From a virus (Duplodnaviria > Caudoviricetes), in the IMG/VR virus record IMGVR_UViG_3300042887_001901, positions 1 through 62,168 of that record: a stretch of DNA of 62,168 bases. The stretch is one strand, 5' to 3'. Below, piece by piece: positions 47,024 to 56,037 of the stretch. A model generated the notes under the pieces. That model worked only from the letters and a program-made list of their open reading frames with translations. It ran no database searches and was not told the origin of the DNA. The position numbers were made by a program, and so were the translations under genes. The first letter of the stretch is position 1. Every line of letters starts with the position of its first letter.

Positions 47024-47389
47024 ATGTGGAAAATTAAAGAATATACTAGAAAAATTAAAAACCTAATTAGATGGGCTCCAATTATATGGAAAGACCGTGA
47101 TTGGGATTATTATTTCATCTACGAAATATTAAAACACAAACTCATATTTACTGAGGAATTTATTCGTGAGAAAGGTGTTCATATGTTTAATACTGAAGAT
47201 GCTGATAGTATTTTAAAGGCAATTGATTTAATAAATAAAGCACAAACCGAATATCATCTTGATAAATACTTATCAGAAGCAACTGAGTGGACTACTGAAG
47301 GTATAGATAAAGCAGTAGAAGATCATGACAAAATAAAACAAGAATTATTCCAGCATTTGAATGATAACATTGAAAAATGGTGGGATTAA
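47024..47389 (+). CDS. Hypothetical phage protein
   Basis: WKDRDWDY...IEKWWD. Confidence 0.7.
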   Translation: MWKIKEYTRKIKNLIRWAPIIWKDRDWDYYFIYEILKHKLIFTEEFIREKGVHMFNTEDADSILKAIDLINKAQTEYHLDKYLSEATEWTTEGIDKAVEDHDKIKQELFQHLNDNIEKWWD

Positions 47390-47399
47390 AATTATAATT

Positions 47400-47648
47400 A
47401 TGAAAGAATACATTGCACCCCTATTACGATTTGGAGCGTTAATATTATTATTAACTACTATTTACGAACAAAATAACGCCATAAACGAATACAAAGCAAA
47501 AGCTAGTGTTAACATTGATAGTTTGCAAAATGAATTATTTATTAATCAATCTAATGTTGGTAGATATGAGACTGCATTAGGACTATTGAGTGAAGAGGAT
47601 AGTGTTGCTGCTAAAAAATTTGAAGATAAACTAAGCGAAACCGAGTAG
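47400..47648 (+). CDS. Membrane-anchored coiled-coil protein
   Basis: N-terminal TM, IDSLQNELF; start moved to 47400. Confidence 0.6.
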   Translation: MKEYIAPLLRFGALILLLTTIYEQNNAINEYKAKASVNIDSLQNELFINQSNVGRYETALGLLSEEDSVAAKKFEDKLSETE

Positions 47649-47657
47649 TATATATTT

Positions 47658-48362
47658 ATGTGTATGAATACTCAACTTACTATAGTCATTCCATGTAAAA
47701 ATGAAGGTAGAGGTGTTATTGATACATTAAAATTAATACGTAAACAACAAGTAGACTGCCAAGTAATAATAGCTGATTCATCAGATGATGAAGGTACATT
47801 ATTATTACTTAAAAAGTACCAAGCAGCATCTCCAATGGTTACTCGAATAGTATCTGGAGGTTTACCATCAGTGGCTCGTAATATTGGAGCTAAGTATGTT
47901 AAAACACCATACGTGTTATTTTTAGATGCTGATATATATCTACAAGAACCTGGTATAATTAGTAAGTGTTTAGCTATGGCTGTAGGTGGAGATTACGATT
48001 TGATTACCTGTCGCTTTAAAACGTTGGATGGTAAATATGATTTTATTTTTCAAATATTTAACGCTGTACAATCAATTATTTCAAAATTCACACCATTCGC
48101 TATAGGTGGTTTCATGCTATTTAAAACAGAAACATTCAGATCATTAGGTGGATTTGATGAAGAAGTTAAAATAGCAGAAGATTATCGTTTAAGTAAACAG
48201 ATAAAACCCAACAAATTTAAAGTAGTTAACAAAGTAGCTTACACCACTAGTAGACGATTTGAAAATAAAGGTGTATGGTATATGGTTAAATTAATGGTTA
48301 ATAGTTGGTGGAACAGAAACAACCCAGAATGGTTTAAACACGACCACGATTACTGGAAATGA
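47658..48362 (+). CDS. GT2 glycosyltransferase
   Basis: IVIPCKNE, ARNIGA, FLDAD, GGFDE, AEDY, TSRRF. Confidence 0.88.
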   Translation: MCMNTQLTIVIPCKNEGRGVIDTLKLIRKQQVDCQVIIADSSDDEGTLLLLKKYQAASPMVTRIVSGGLPSVARNIGAKYVKTPYVLFLDADIYLQEPGIISKCLAMAVGGDYDLITCRFKTLDGKYDFIFQIFNAVQSIISKFTPFAIGGFMLFKTETFRSLGGFDEEVKIAEDYRLSKQIKPNKFKVVNKVAYTTSRRFENKGVWYMVKLMVNSWWNRNNPEWFKHDHDYWK

Positions 48363-49102
48363 ATTACAAAGCAATCATCGCTTCAGACCTACATTTAGGT
48401 ACTAAAGACTCCCAAGCAAAAGAATTTATTGAGTTCCTAGAACAACACCCAACAGACCTCCTTATATTGAATGGAGATATAATTGATGGATGGGCACTTA
48501 ACAGAGGTGCTAAGTGGAAAAAAGGACATACTAAAGCAGTAGCGGCTCTACTTAAATTATCTAATAAAACTAAAATCATTTGGATTAGAGGTAATCACGA
48601 TGAATTCTTATCTGAATTTATAGGTAGCCACTTTGGCAACATTGAGATTAGAGAAAACTATGTTATTAATACTAGTAAATGGGTAGCAGATGATTTATAT
48701 GAGCAACAACGTTATTTCGTATTTCATGGTGATGTTATAGATGTATTCATTACTAAGTATAAATGGTTATCTAAAATAGGTTCTATTGGTTATGATTTCG
48801 CTTTATGGATGAATAGATGGTATAACAGATATAGAGCATGGCGTAAGTTACCTTACCAATCCATATCTCAAGATATTAAAGCAGGAGTTAAAGCAGCAAC
48901 TAATTACGTTAATGACTTTGAAACTACAGCTATTAAAATGGCTGCTCAAAATGGATGTCACGGTGTTATTTGTGGACACATCCATCAACCAGCTGATATA
49001 CGCATTAATGGAGCTCATTATCTAAATTCAGGAGATTGGATTGAAAATAGAACTGCAATCTTATTGGATTATCAAAGCAATCTTACTATATTTAAGTTGT
49101 AA
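48359..49102 (+). CDS. UDP-2,3-diacylglucosamine diphosphatase-like metallophosphoesterase
   Basis: SDLHLG, GDIIDGW, GNHDE, HGD, CGHIH, NSGDW. Confidence 0.85.
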   Translation: MNYKAIIASDLHLGTKDSQAKEFIEFLEQHPTDLLILNGDIIDGWALNRGAKWKKGHTKAVAALLKLSNKTKIIWIRGNHDEFLSEFIGSHFGNIEIRENYVINTSKWVADDLYEQQRYFVFHGDVIDVFITKYKWLSKIGSIGYDFALWMNRWYNRYRAWRKLPYQSISQDIKAGVKAATNYVNDFETTAIKMAAQNGCHGVICGHIHQPADIRINGAHYLNSGDWIENRTAILLDYQSNLTIFKL

Positions 49103-49115
49103 TTAAATTTAGGTT

Positions 49116-49886
49116 ATGAAATTAGTAGCAATAGGGGATATCCATGGTCACGATTCGTGGAAACAAGTCGTAGCACAAGAACAAGATGTAGACATGTTTG
49201 TGTTTGTAGGTGACTACTTTGATTCATTTACAGTTAAAGGTCTAGACCAAATTAACAATTTCCTAGATATTATTGAATTTAAAAAGCAATCTAAAGTGCC
49301 CGTTGTAATGTTAATTGGCAATCATGATTATCATTACTATCCAGGTATTGAGGATAGTGGTACATCAGGATATCAAACATTAATGGCTCCATCAATTCAA
49401 GCAGTTATAAATGACAATAAACACAATCTACAATTAGTTTATAAGTTAGGTGAGTTTGTATTTTCACATGCTGGATTAAGTAGTGAATGGTTAGATGATA
49501 CATTTGTAGAGTGGGATATAGAGGATTTAGACGATGCTGTTAATGATTTATTTACATATCAACCTAATAAAGTTGCTTATCGCTCATTCAAATATTATGA
49601 TTATGAAAATAACCAAGCGGTATTAGCTAGTGGTTATGGAAGGGAAACGTTTCAAGGTCCACTTTGGATTAGACCTGAGTCTTTAATGAAGGCCAATTAT
49701 GATACACTACGTAACCAAATTATTCAAGTTGTAGGACATACAACCAGAAAACAAATTGATATTGAAGGTAAATCTACAGGTGGCCGTTACTACTTCATAG
49801 ACACATTACCAAGAGAATATTTGATTGTCACTGATGGGGTCGTATCTTCAGGCAAATTAAATAATGAAAAAGCCCAAACAAAATAA
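49116..49886 (+). CDS. Calcineurin-like metallophosphoesterase
   Basis: GDIHG, GDYFD, GNHD, SHAG, VGHT. Confidence 0.88.
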   Translation: MKLVAIGDIHGHDSWKQVVAQEQDVDMFVFVGDYFDSFTVKGLDQINNFLDIIEFKKQSKVPVVMLIGNHDYHYYPGIEDSGTSGYQTLMAPSIQAVINDNKHNLQLVYKLGEFVFSHAGLSSEWLDDTFVEWDIEDLDDAVNDLFTYQPNKVAYRSFKYYDYENNQAVLASGYGRETFQGPLWIRPESLMKANYDTLRNQIIQVVGHTTRKQIDIEGKSTGGRYYFIDTLPREYLIVTDGVVSSGKLNNEKAQTK

Positions 49887-50064
49887 AACACCCGAATTCG
49901 TTATATTCAGTGAGGATGGATTCTTCACTGGATTAGCAAATGGGGGTCAACCACAATGGTCAATGGATATTAAAAACGGTAAACCGTTTAGGGATGAATG
50001 TAAGCTAGGAGCATTACAATACGTTGTAGGTGCTAAAGAATTATTAATTGAATATATAAATTAG
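49864..50064 (+). CDS. Hypothetical protein
   Basis: ORF track. Confidence 0.55.
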   Translation: MKKPKQNKTPEFVIFSEDGFFTGLANGGQPQWSMDIKNGKPFRDECKLGALQYVVGAKELLIEYIN

Positions 50065-50067
50065 GTT

Positions 50068-50631
50068 ATGAGTTTAAAATATACATTACAAAGCCTTAGA
50101 TGGATTAAAGCATTATGGAGTCCCTTTAAACCATTCAAAGTTAGTTTCTACGCTGGTAAACTATCAATAGGTACTCCATATTTCTTTCCTAGAAAATGGG
50201 TTAAATATACAGATGCAGATGCAATAAAAGCATCTGTAGAACATAAAGCTAATAAAGATAAAGTATTAGTATCTGATAAGCAACTGTTTAAAATGTATAA
50301 AAACTATAGCAAAGCAGTACCAATTAAAGTTGGATTCGATTGGTGTAGTTTAGGATGGAAAACAAAATGGACAGATACTGATTTCAGACATGAATGGAAC
50401 CCAGTATTTACATTTGTATTCTTCGGCTACCAAATTGCACTAACAATTTACAGCCCATATCGTAGTCATTATTGGGAAGCATGGTTATATTATGAATATG
50501 CTACTGATAAAACTAAATCAAAGCGTGAGCGAATAGAACAGTGTAGAAAAGAGCATAATCAAACTTGGACAGTTAGTGGAGGTGAAATAGACTATTACGA
50601 ATATATACTCAAACCAAAATATCTAAAATGA
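50068..50631 (+). CDS. Hypothetical phage protein (Trp-rich)
   Basis: ORF track. Confidence 0.7.
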   Translation: MSLKYTLQSLRWIKALWSPFKPFKVSFYAGKLSIGTPYFFPRKWVKYTDADAIKASVEHKANKDKVLVSDKQLFKMYKNYSKAVPIKVGFDWCSLGWKTKWTDTDFRHEWNPVFTFVFFGYQIALTIYSPYRSHYWEAWLYYEYATDKTKSKRERIEQCRKEHNQTWTVSGGEIDYYEYILKPKYLK

Positions 50632-50903
50632 AACGAGCAGATAAAAATAAACTAGTATTAAAAGAACTGATTGATAAGATGTTTGAGATAGCAGGTCATC
50701 CTCTTAAATTTGAAGATGTTGAAGGTAGAAAGGATAATTGGTTTCAACAACATACAATGACTGAAGCCCAAAATGAGGAGTGGCGAGAGTGGGGTACTAA
50801 ATTCATAATGAAAAAACATCGTTACAATAAGTATCTAGCTGATCGTGAAATGAGAATGCTAGATTTATATTGTGGATTAAAAATATCAGACTATGAAAAA
50901 TAA
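50628..50903 (+). CDS. Hypothetical protein (paralog of 53493..53765)
   Basis: NWFQ..MT..Q..EW...GLKI shared pattern. Confidence 0.7.
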   Translation: MKRADKNKLVLKELIDKMFEIAGHPLKFEDVEGRKDNWFQQHTMTEAQNEEWREWGTKFIMKKHRYNKYLADREMRMLDLYCGLKISDYEK

Positions 50904-50965
50904 TTATTGGATTTCAACAGTAAGTACAACAGTAACAGGTTATAACAATATAAACTTTATATACA

Positions 50966-51157
50966 ATGCCAGTATATCCTAAAGAAAGTCCTGAGTATAG
51001 ACAGAAAATATTAAAATCGTTCTATAAACAGGTTCAAGAAACAAATTGGGGTGTACCTGAAGAACGTATTTGTAAGCGTAGAGGGCGTAAACCACAAGAG
51101 CGAGTAATAGTACAACGAGAAATAAAATCACAAACTAAATTCTTTAATTTTCATTAA
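50966..51157 (+). CDS. Small basic protein
   Basis: KRRGRKP motif. Confidence 0.55.
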   Translation: MPVYPKESPEYRQKILKSFYKQVQETNWGVPEERICKRRGRKPQERVIVQREIKSQTKFFNFH

Positions 51158-51158
51158 T

Positions 51159-51356
51159 ATGGAAAACAAATATCAAGCATTAGGCAGTAATTTATTCGGA
51201 TTTGAAATATTCGAAGAAGTATTTAAAGTAATAAACGAACGTGGTTATGAAAGTAACGAACAAATGTTTAAAGCAGGTGTAGCAAGCGCTGAAGCCGCAG
51301 TTAGACGCTTACGTGAAGAATACTACGAATCAATATCTAAGGATACTGGTGAATAG
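51159..51356 (+). CDS. Hypothetical protein
   Basis: ORF track. Confidence 0.6.
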   Translation: MENKYQALGSNLFGFEIFEEVFKVINERGYESNEQMFKAGVASAEAAVRRLREEYYESISKDTGE

Positions 51357-51370
51357 CTATATTTATCGGC

Positions 51371-52000
51371 ATGAAGAAATGCCTATTAGCTCTGTTATTA
51401 TTAGTTAGTTTTACAGTTACAGCTCAAGATGTAGTTATACTAACACACAAAGCGTACACAACGCACTACAGTAAATCAAAACACTATCCGGTTAAAGTTG
51501 AATGGTGGATTACTAAAGCAGGCTTAACATGCCCTGTTAAAGTAAAACGCGGTGATAAATTCATTGCTGACCCAAAATTACCAACTGAAACAAATTTACA
51601 ATCAGATTATACAGGCGCTGGGTTCGATCGCGGACACAATATGCCTGCAGCTGACGTTGTATGTGATCAAGTAGCAAACGAAGAATCATTCTTCTTCAGT
51701 AATATGACTGCTCAATACCCTGCATTAAACAGAGGTGATTGGAAATCATTAGAGATGTTATCTCGTGAAATTGCACTTAGAGACGATTCAGTTAAAGTAT
51801 GGTGTGGTTCAGTAGGCGTAGCTAAGAAGATAGGTACAACATCAGTACCAACTCAATGTTGGAAAGTAGTTTATACTAAGAAGACAAAAGAATACATGGC
51901 ATTTATATTTGATAACAATACAACTAAAGCAGACGGCATTCACAATAATCAAGTCGATCTAATTGATGTTGAAAAATTAACAGGATTTAAGTTTAAGTAA
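51371..52000 (+). CDS. Exported DNA/RNA non-specific endonuclease (NucA/EndoG family)
   Basis: Signal peptide; DRGHNMP, SNMTAQ..LNRGDWKSLE, VPTQCWK. Confidence 0.9.
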   Translation: MKKCLLALLLLVSFTVTAQDVVILTHKAYTTHYSKSKHYPVKVEWWITKAGLTCPVKVKRGDKFIADPKLPTETNLQSDYTGAGFDRGHNMPAADVVCDQVANEESFFFSNMTAQYPALNRGDWKSLEMLSREIALRDDSVKVWCGSVGVAKKIGTTSVPTQCWKVVYTKKTKEYMAFIFDNNTTKADGIHNNQVDLIDVEKLTGFKFK

Positions 52001-52401
52001 TGTTCGTACCAAATCACCTCCACCTATTAGTAAAGGGTTATATTACTAATCCACCAAATTCAGAAGAAATACTAAACCAATGGTTTAGAGAATTAGTAAA
52101 TAAAGTCGGAATGGTAGTTGTAGCAGGACCTACCTCAGTATATGTTAATGAACTTGGAAACGAGGGAATAACAGGTACAGTAACACTAGCTACATCTCAT
52201 GCCTCAATACACGTTTGGGATGCAATTCATCCATCAATGTTCCAATTCGATTTATACAGTTGCTGTGATTTTAAACCTGAGCAAGTATTAAATCATATTA
52301 ATGAGCACTTCAATCTACAATCAGCAGCATATCAATTCATAGATAGAAACGATATGGAATTTAAGGTGATTGATAGTGGTAAGTGGGTGGCAGAGCAATA
52401 A
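52000..52401 (+). CDS. speD: S-adenosylmethionine decarboxylase proenzyme-like protein
   Basis: HLLV, GITG..LATSHASIHVW, FDLYSC. Confidence 0.8.
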   Translation: MFVPNHLHLLVKGYITNPPNSEEILNQWFRELVNKVGMVVVAGPTSVYVNELGNEGITGTVTLATSHASIHVWDAIHPSMFQFDLYSCCDFKPEQVLNHINEHFNLQSAAYQFIDRNDMEFKVIDSGKWVAEQ

Positions 52402-52416
52402 TCGTACATTCACGTC
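52387..52416 (+). promoter_or_regulatory. GGCA-box promoter
   Basis: TGGCA-N10-CGTACATTCACG. Confidence 0.65.
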
Positions 52417-52428
52417 AAATAATTAAGT

Positions 52429-52614
52429 ATGACAATAGAATTACAAGTTAAATGTTTAGAAGTAGAAAACTGGACACGAGCATTAGTAATGCGAGGTACA
52501 GATAGAGAAGAAATTGTATATCGTATTAGTGATATGTACGATTGTATGACTGAAGAGGAAATGGAAGCCGTTGCAGAAGCAATTGCATACGCACGTTTAG
52601 GTGTCCTGAACTAA
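52429..52614 (+). CDS. Hypothetical protein
   Basis: ORF track, behind a promoter. Confidence 0.6.
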   Translation: MTIELQVKCLEVENWTRALVMRGTDREEIVYRISDMYDCMTEEEMEAVAEAIAYARLGVLN

Positions 52615-52652
52615 TTTGGATGGCAGAGTCTAGGTCGTAGATTTAAGTATAA
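52615..52652 (+). promoter_or_regulatory. GGCA-box promoter
   Basis: TTTG-GA-TGGCA-N10-CGTAGATTTAAGTATAA; TTTG-to-TA spacing is 19. Confidence 0.7.
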
Positions 52653-52673
52653 TAAAAAATTAAATTAATAGTT

Positions 52674-53420
52674 ATGAGTTACAACATTGAACAAATTAAG
52701 GCAATAGCGCCGTCAGTATTTACAACTGAAAAAGCTTCACATTTATCTGATAAATATATTCAGACACCTACAATTAAGGTTGTAGAAGATTTAATGAATT
52801 TAGGTTGGGAAGTTACTAAAGTACAAGAGGTTAAGTCTCGTAAGTACAAAGGTTTCCAAAAGCATTTAATCATGTTCCGTAATCCTGATATTACAATTAA
52901 GGGAGCAAACGGTGATGATGCTCAACCTCAAATCCTACTTACCAACTCACATGATGGTAAGGCAGCATTTAATTTTAGAGTTGGTATCTTCCGATTCGTA
53001 TGTAGTAATGGTTTAGTAATTAGCGATGCTGATTTTGGTGTAATGTCTATTAGACACTTAAATTACACATTCGAATCATTACAAGCTAAAGTTGCTGAAA
53101 TGATTGGTAAATTACCAAAATTGGTAAATAAAATCAATACATTTAAAGCTAAAGAATTAACTGAAGAACAAATGACTGATTTCGCTACTAAAGCATCAGC
53201 ATTGAGAACTAAGAAAATAGTTAACATTATGGATGTACTTACTCCTACACGTACTGAAGATCAAGGTAATGATTTGTGGGTTGTATTTAACAGAGTACAA
53301 GAAAAAATATTAGGTGGTTCATATACTTCAGGTGGTCGTAAGGCTAGATCTGTAAAGAATTTCCAAAAAGATATTCAGTTGAATGAACAATTATTCGTAT
53401 TAGCTGAGTCATATCTATAA
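52674..53420 (+). CDS. DUF932/DUF945 family protein
   Basis: APSVF, SDKY, NSHDG, GIFRFVCSNGL, LWVVFNRVQE. Confidence 0.85.
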   Translation: MSYNIEQIKAIAPSVFTTEKASHLSDKYIQTPTIKVVEDLMNLGWEVTKVQEVKSRKYKGFQKHLIMFRNPDITIKGANGDDAQPQILLTNSHDGKAAFNFRVGIFRFVCSNGLVISDADFGVMSIRHLNYTFESLQAKVAEMIGKLPKLVNKINTFKAKELTEEQMTDFATKASALRTKKIVNIMDVLTPTRTEDQGNDLWVVFNRVQEKILGGSYTSGGRKARSVKNFQKDIQLNEQLFVLAESYL

Positions 53421-53429
53421 TTTTAAGAA

Positions 53430-53461
53430 GTAGAGGGGGAGTGTCAAGCTCCCCTTCCTAC
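53430..53461 (+). terminator. Hairpin, possible terminator overlapping a GTCA-variant promoter
   Basis: GTAG.GGGGAG...CTCCCC..CTAC. Confidence 0.5.
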
Positions 53462-53492
53462 CTTATATTTACGACCATCTAAAACATGTTAC

Positions 53493-53765
53493 ATGAAACG
53501 CCTGTTCCAACGTCGACCAAAGCTCAATGAGCAAACTATTGCAATGCATCTAATTAATGAGCAACTTGCTTATGTGGGTAAGACTTGGGATGAGGTTAAA
53601 GATGATCCAAATTGGTTTCAAAATAACCAATTGACTAAGAAGCAATATGCTGAGTGGAAGGAATACAGTATAAAGACTATACAGGACGTTTATAAGTTTG
53701 ATCATCAACAAGCATCATTAGAATTCAGTTGGTTCGATATGGGTTACGGGTTGTCAGTTAAATGA
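53493..53765 (+). CDS. Hypothetical protein (paralog of 50628..50903)
   Basis: NWFQ..LT..Q..EW...GLSV. Confidence 0.7.
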   Translation: MKRLFQRRPKLNEQTIAMHLINEQLAYVGKTWDEVKDDPNWFQNNQLTKKQYAEWKEYSIKTIQDVYKFDHQQASLEFSWFDMGYGLSVK

Positions 53766-53779
53766 ATTAAATAAAGGTT

Positions 53780-54073
53780 ATGAGTGAAAATAAAGGTGAA
53801 ATATATCTAGGTGGTGGAAATAATTTGTTAATGACCACATCTAAATTAGTAACGTGTCATGAAGTATTAACATTAGTAGTTAATGGTAAAGGTGGAATAC
53901 CTTTAGAGGTTAAAATACAAGCTGATTTTAGTACTATACCTGAAGAATATCATGAAGTATTTTTAAACATGTTAGCATCTAAATACTGTAAGACAGTATC
54001 GTTTGGTGATAACCCATTTAGTAGATGTTTACCTACACCTAAAAGACGTTGGTATCAATTTTGGAAACATTAA
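53780..54073 (+). CDS. Hypothetical protein
   Basis: Ends in KRRWYQFWK. Confidence 0.65.
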   Translation: MSENKGEIYLGGGNNLLMTTSKLVTCHEVLTLVVNGKGGIPLEVKIQADFSTIPEEYHEVFLNMLASKYCKTVSFGDNPFSRCLPTPKRRWYQFWKH

Positions 54074-54101
54074 TTATATTTATCAACAATAAACCAATCA
54101 A

Positions 54102-54299
54102 ATGGCATTTCAAACCAGGGATCAGTTTCAAGACAAAGCATCTAAAAAGTTAGATCGAGTATTAAACAAAAAATCAAAACGTAAGCCATTAAGTGAAGAA
54201 ACTTGGGGTGAGTTAAATCAACGAGGCGCTACATTAGCAGAACAACTTGAGTGGTTGAGATTAGCTAAAATTAAAAAAGACAGACTAAATCATGGGTAA
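54102..54299 (+). CDS. Small basic hypothetical protein
   Basis: ORF track. Confidence 0.6.
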   Translation: MAFQTRDQFQDKASKKLDRVLNKKSKRKPLSEETWGELNQRGATLAEQLEWLRLAKIKKDRLNHG

Positions 54300-54459
54300 A
54301 CAAGACGATTTAAGAACTATAGGCGCGTTTCTAGAGGAAGCCGCTGAATATGGATTGGAGGCAGAAGTAATCTATACTGCACTTAAAAATATGCAGGAAG
54401 ATTCTAATCTAACACCAGCTCAAGCGATGCAGTTTGGGATGGAAGAGTGGATTAAGTAA
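54292..54459 (+). CDS. Small hypothetical protein (55 aa, not in ORF track)
   Basis: MGKQDDLRTIGAFLEEAAEYGLEAEVIYTALK...EEWIK. Confidence 0.6.
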   Translation: MGKQDDLRTIGAFLEEAAEYGLEAEVIYTALKNMQEDSNLTPAQAMQFGMEEWIK

Positions 54460-54490
54460 GGCACAGTAACGTTCGTACATTGACGTTATA
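54458..54490 (+). promoter_or_regulatory. GGCA-box promoter
   Basis: AGGCA-N10-CGTACATTGACGTTATAA. Confidence 0.7.
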
Positions 54491-54501
54491 AAATTAAAGT
54501 T

Positions 54502-54861
54502 ATGTCAGTTATTATTGCAGGCGATAAATTAATCGTCCACAGCTACATGGTTCCAGTAGTGTTTGATTCAGTTGTGGAACCAAGCAAACGTTATGTTATT
54601 GCTGATGGTCAGTGGACTCAAATCCCAAACCATTTAGGTTATAAACACATTAACCATTTCAAACGAGAATATAAGGGTGCTAAAAACGAAGCATTCAAAA
54701 CTAATTACGAAACCGAAGTTGCAGGTAGTAAAGGCAAATCATACACAGTTAAATGCGAAAGTAATGTTTGGAGTTGTACTTGCCCTGCTTATGGTTGGTC
54801 AGGTAATAGTCACACTTGTAAGCACATTACTCAAGTTAAAACTGATAATAAATGGAATTAA
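54502..54861 (+). CDS. SWIM zinc finger protein
   Basis: GSKGKSYTV...WSCTCP...CKHI. Confidence 0.8.
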   Translation: MSVIIAGDKLIVHSYMVPVVFDSVVEPSKRYVIADGQWTQIPNHLGYKHINHFKREYKGAKNEAFKTNYETEVAGSKGKSYTVKCESNVWSCTCPAYGWSGNSHTCKHITQVKTDNKWN

Positions 54862-55310
54862 AAGATAGAATAGCTACGTTTCAAAGAAACACCTACAACA
54901 AGTTTTGGTGGTGGAGACGATTTCAACCACGTCAAATGCTTCATAAGTATAGACGTTTAGACGAACGTATTCCAAATGGCGATTTCGAAGTATCAGATTA
55001 TCATTGGCAATTGCAATATGAAAACGTATTAGAACAAGAAGCAACAGATAAAGAACCAAATCCAGATAAGAAACACGAGATTAGATGTATGTTTGGAGAG
55101 CGTAGACGCCGTTTATCTAAGGATTATGAGGCGGATGAAACTAAAATACTAGACGAAATGTATAAAGCATTCAAAAACGAACTCGGATTAAATCGTGATC
55201 AGATTGATGATGAAATGCTTAACTTCGATGGTACATTGGCAGAATTCTATTATTATCTTACCAATAAACAAAAAATTAAAATATGTCAAGCAGTAACGAC
55301 GAACTCCTAA
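54852..55310 (+). CDS. Hypothetical phage protein
   Basis: YNKFWWWRRF, NGDFE. Confidence 0.65.
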   Translation: MELKDRIATFQRNTYNKFWWWRRFQPRQMLHKYRRLDERIPNGDFEVSDYHWQLQYENVLEQEATDKEPNPDKKHEIRCMFGERRRRLSKDYEADETKILDEMYKAFKNELGLNRDQIDDEMLNFDGTLAEFYYYLTNKQKIKICQAVTTNS

Positions 55311-55531
55311 CAGACGAACAAATTAGTTCAATCTATGATCAATTAGTAATAGTATTTAGAGATGATGCTGAAACATTAGCTGAAACTGTATTAAATAACT
55401 ACTTAGCCGAAGATAAAAACATGTTATGGGCTAATATGGTTGAGTTAGTGGATCAAGCTAAAAAAGGCGAGTTACTAACTATAGATCAAGTTAATTCAAT
55501 GTTAAAAGAAGACAGTCATGATAACGCTTAA
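55283..55531 (+). CDS. Hypothetical acidic protein
   Basis: ORF track. Confidence 0.6.
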   Translation: MSSSNDELLTDEQISSIYDQLVIVFRDDAETLAETVLNNYLAEDKNMLWANMVELVDQAKKGELLTIDQVNSMLKEDSHDNA

Positions 55532-55676
55532 AATATTCCTAATACTGTTCATCCTTGGGTTTGGATCCTTAATACTATTAGTAATGGGTGAAACGTATGC
55601 TATGAATAATACACATCCCAAATTCACTATATGGTGGAGAAAACATATAATTGGTAATGAAAACAAATTAAAATAA
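55518..55676 (+). CDS. Small membrane protein (52 aa, not in ORF track)
   Basis: MITLKIFLILFILGFGSLILLV...WWRKHII. Confidence 0.55.
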   Translation: MITLKIFLILFILGFGSLILLVMGETYAMNNTHPKFTIWWRKHIIGNENKLK

Positions 55677-55682
55677 ACAACA

Positions 55683-55970
55683 ATGGCTAAATCAAAACAA
55701 CACCCAGTAGAAACAAAAACAGTAACATTAACTAAAGAACAATACGCAGTGTTGTTTAAAGTTAGATCATTATTAGACAGTGCTTCAGATACATTAGACG
55801 GCATTGATGGTAGTAGTAATTTATTTGAAATTGGTAAGCAAGTAGGTGATGCTTGTGGTGATATTATCAATGCATTTAACGATTTAGGTGATTTGATTGA
55901 CGAAACGAATCCTAATGATGTTAAAGAAGAAGATAGCAATGATGATGATGATGTATGGACATTTGCTTAG
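55683..55970 (+). CDS. Hypothetical acidic protein
   Basis: ORF track. Confidence 0.65.
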   Translation: MAKSKQHPVETKTVTLTKEQYAVLFKVRSLLDSASDTLDGIDGSSNLFEIGKQVGDACGDIINAFNDLGDLIDETNPNDVKEEDSNDDDDVWTFA

Positions 55971-55988
55971 TATTTAAGGTTAGTAAAT

Positions 55989-56024
55989 TTTGGGTAGGCA
56001 CAGCAATGTGCCTATCTTTATGTC
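55989..56024 (+). promoter_or_regulatory. GGCA-box promoter embedded in a palindrome
   Basis: TTTG..TAGGCACA-GCAA-TGTGCCTA-TCTTTATG. Confidence 0.6.
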
Positions 56025-56037
56025 AAATAAATAAGTT

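Noticed and set aside
52615-52652. Sigma-54 promoter reading of the TGGCA motif
   Set aside because: No conserved TTGC at -12; spacing fits the Bacteroidota -33/-7 layout instead
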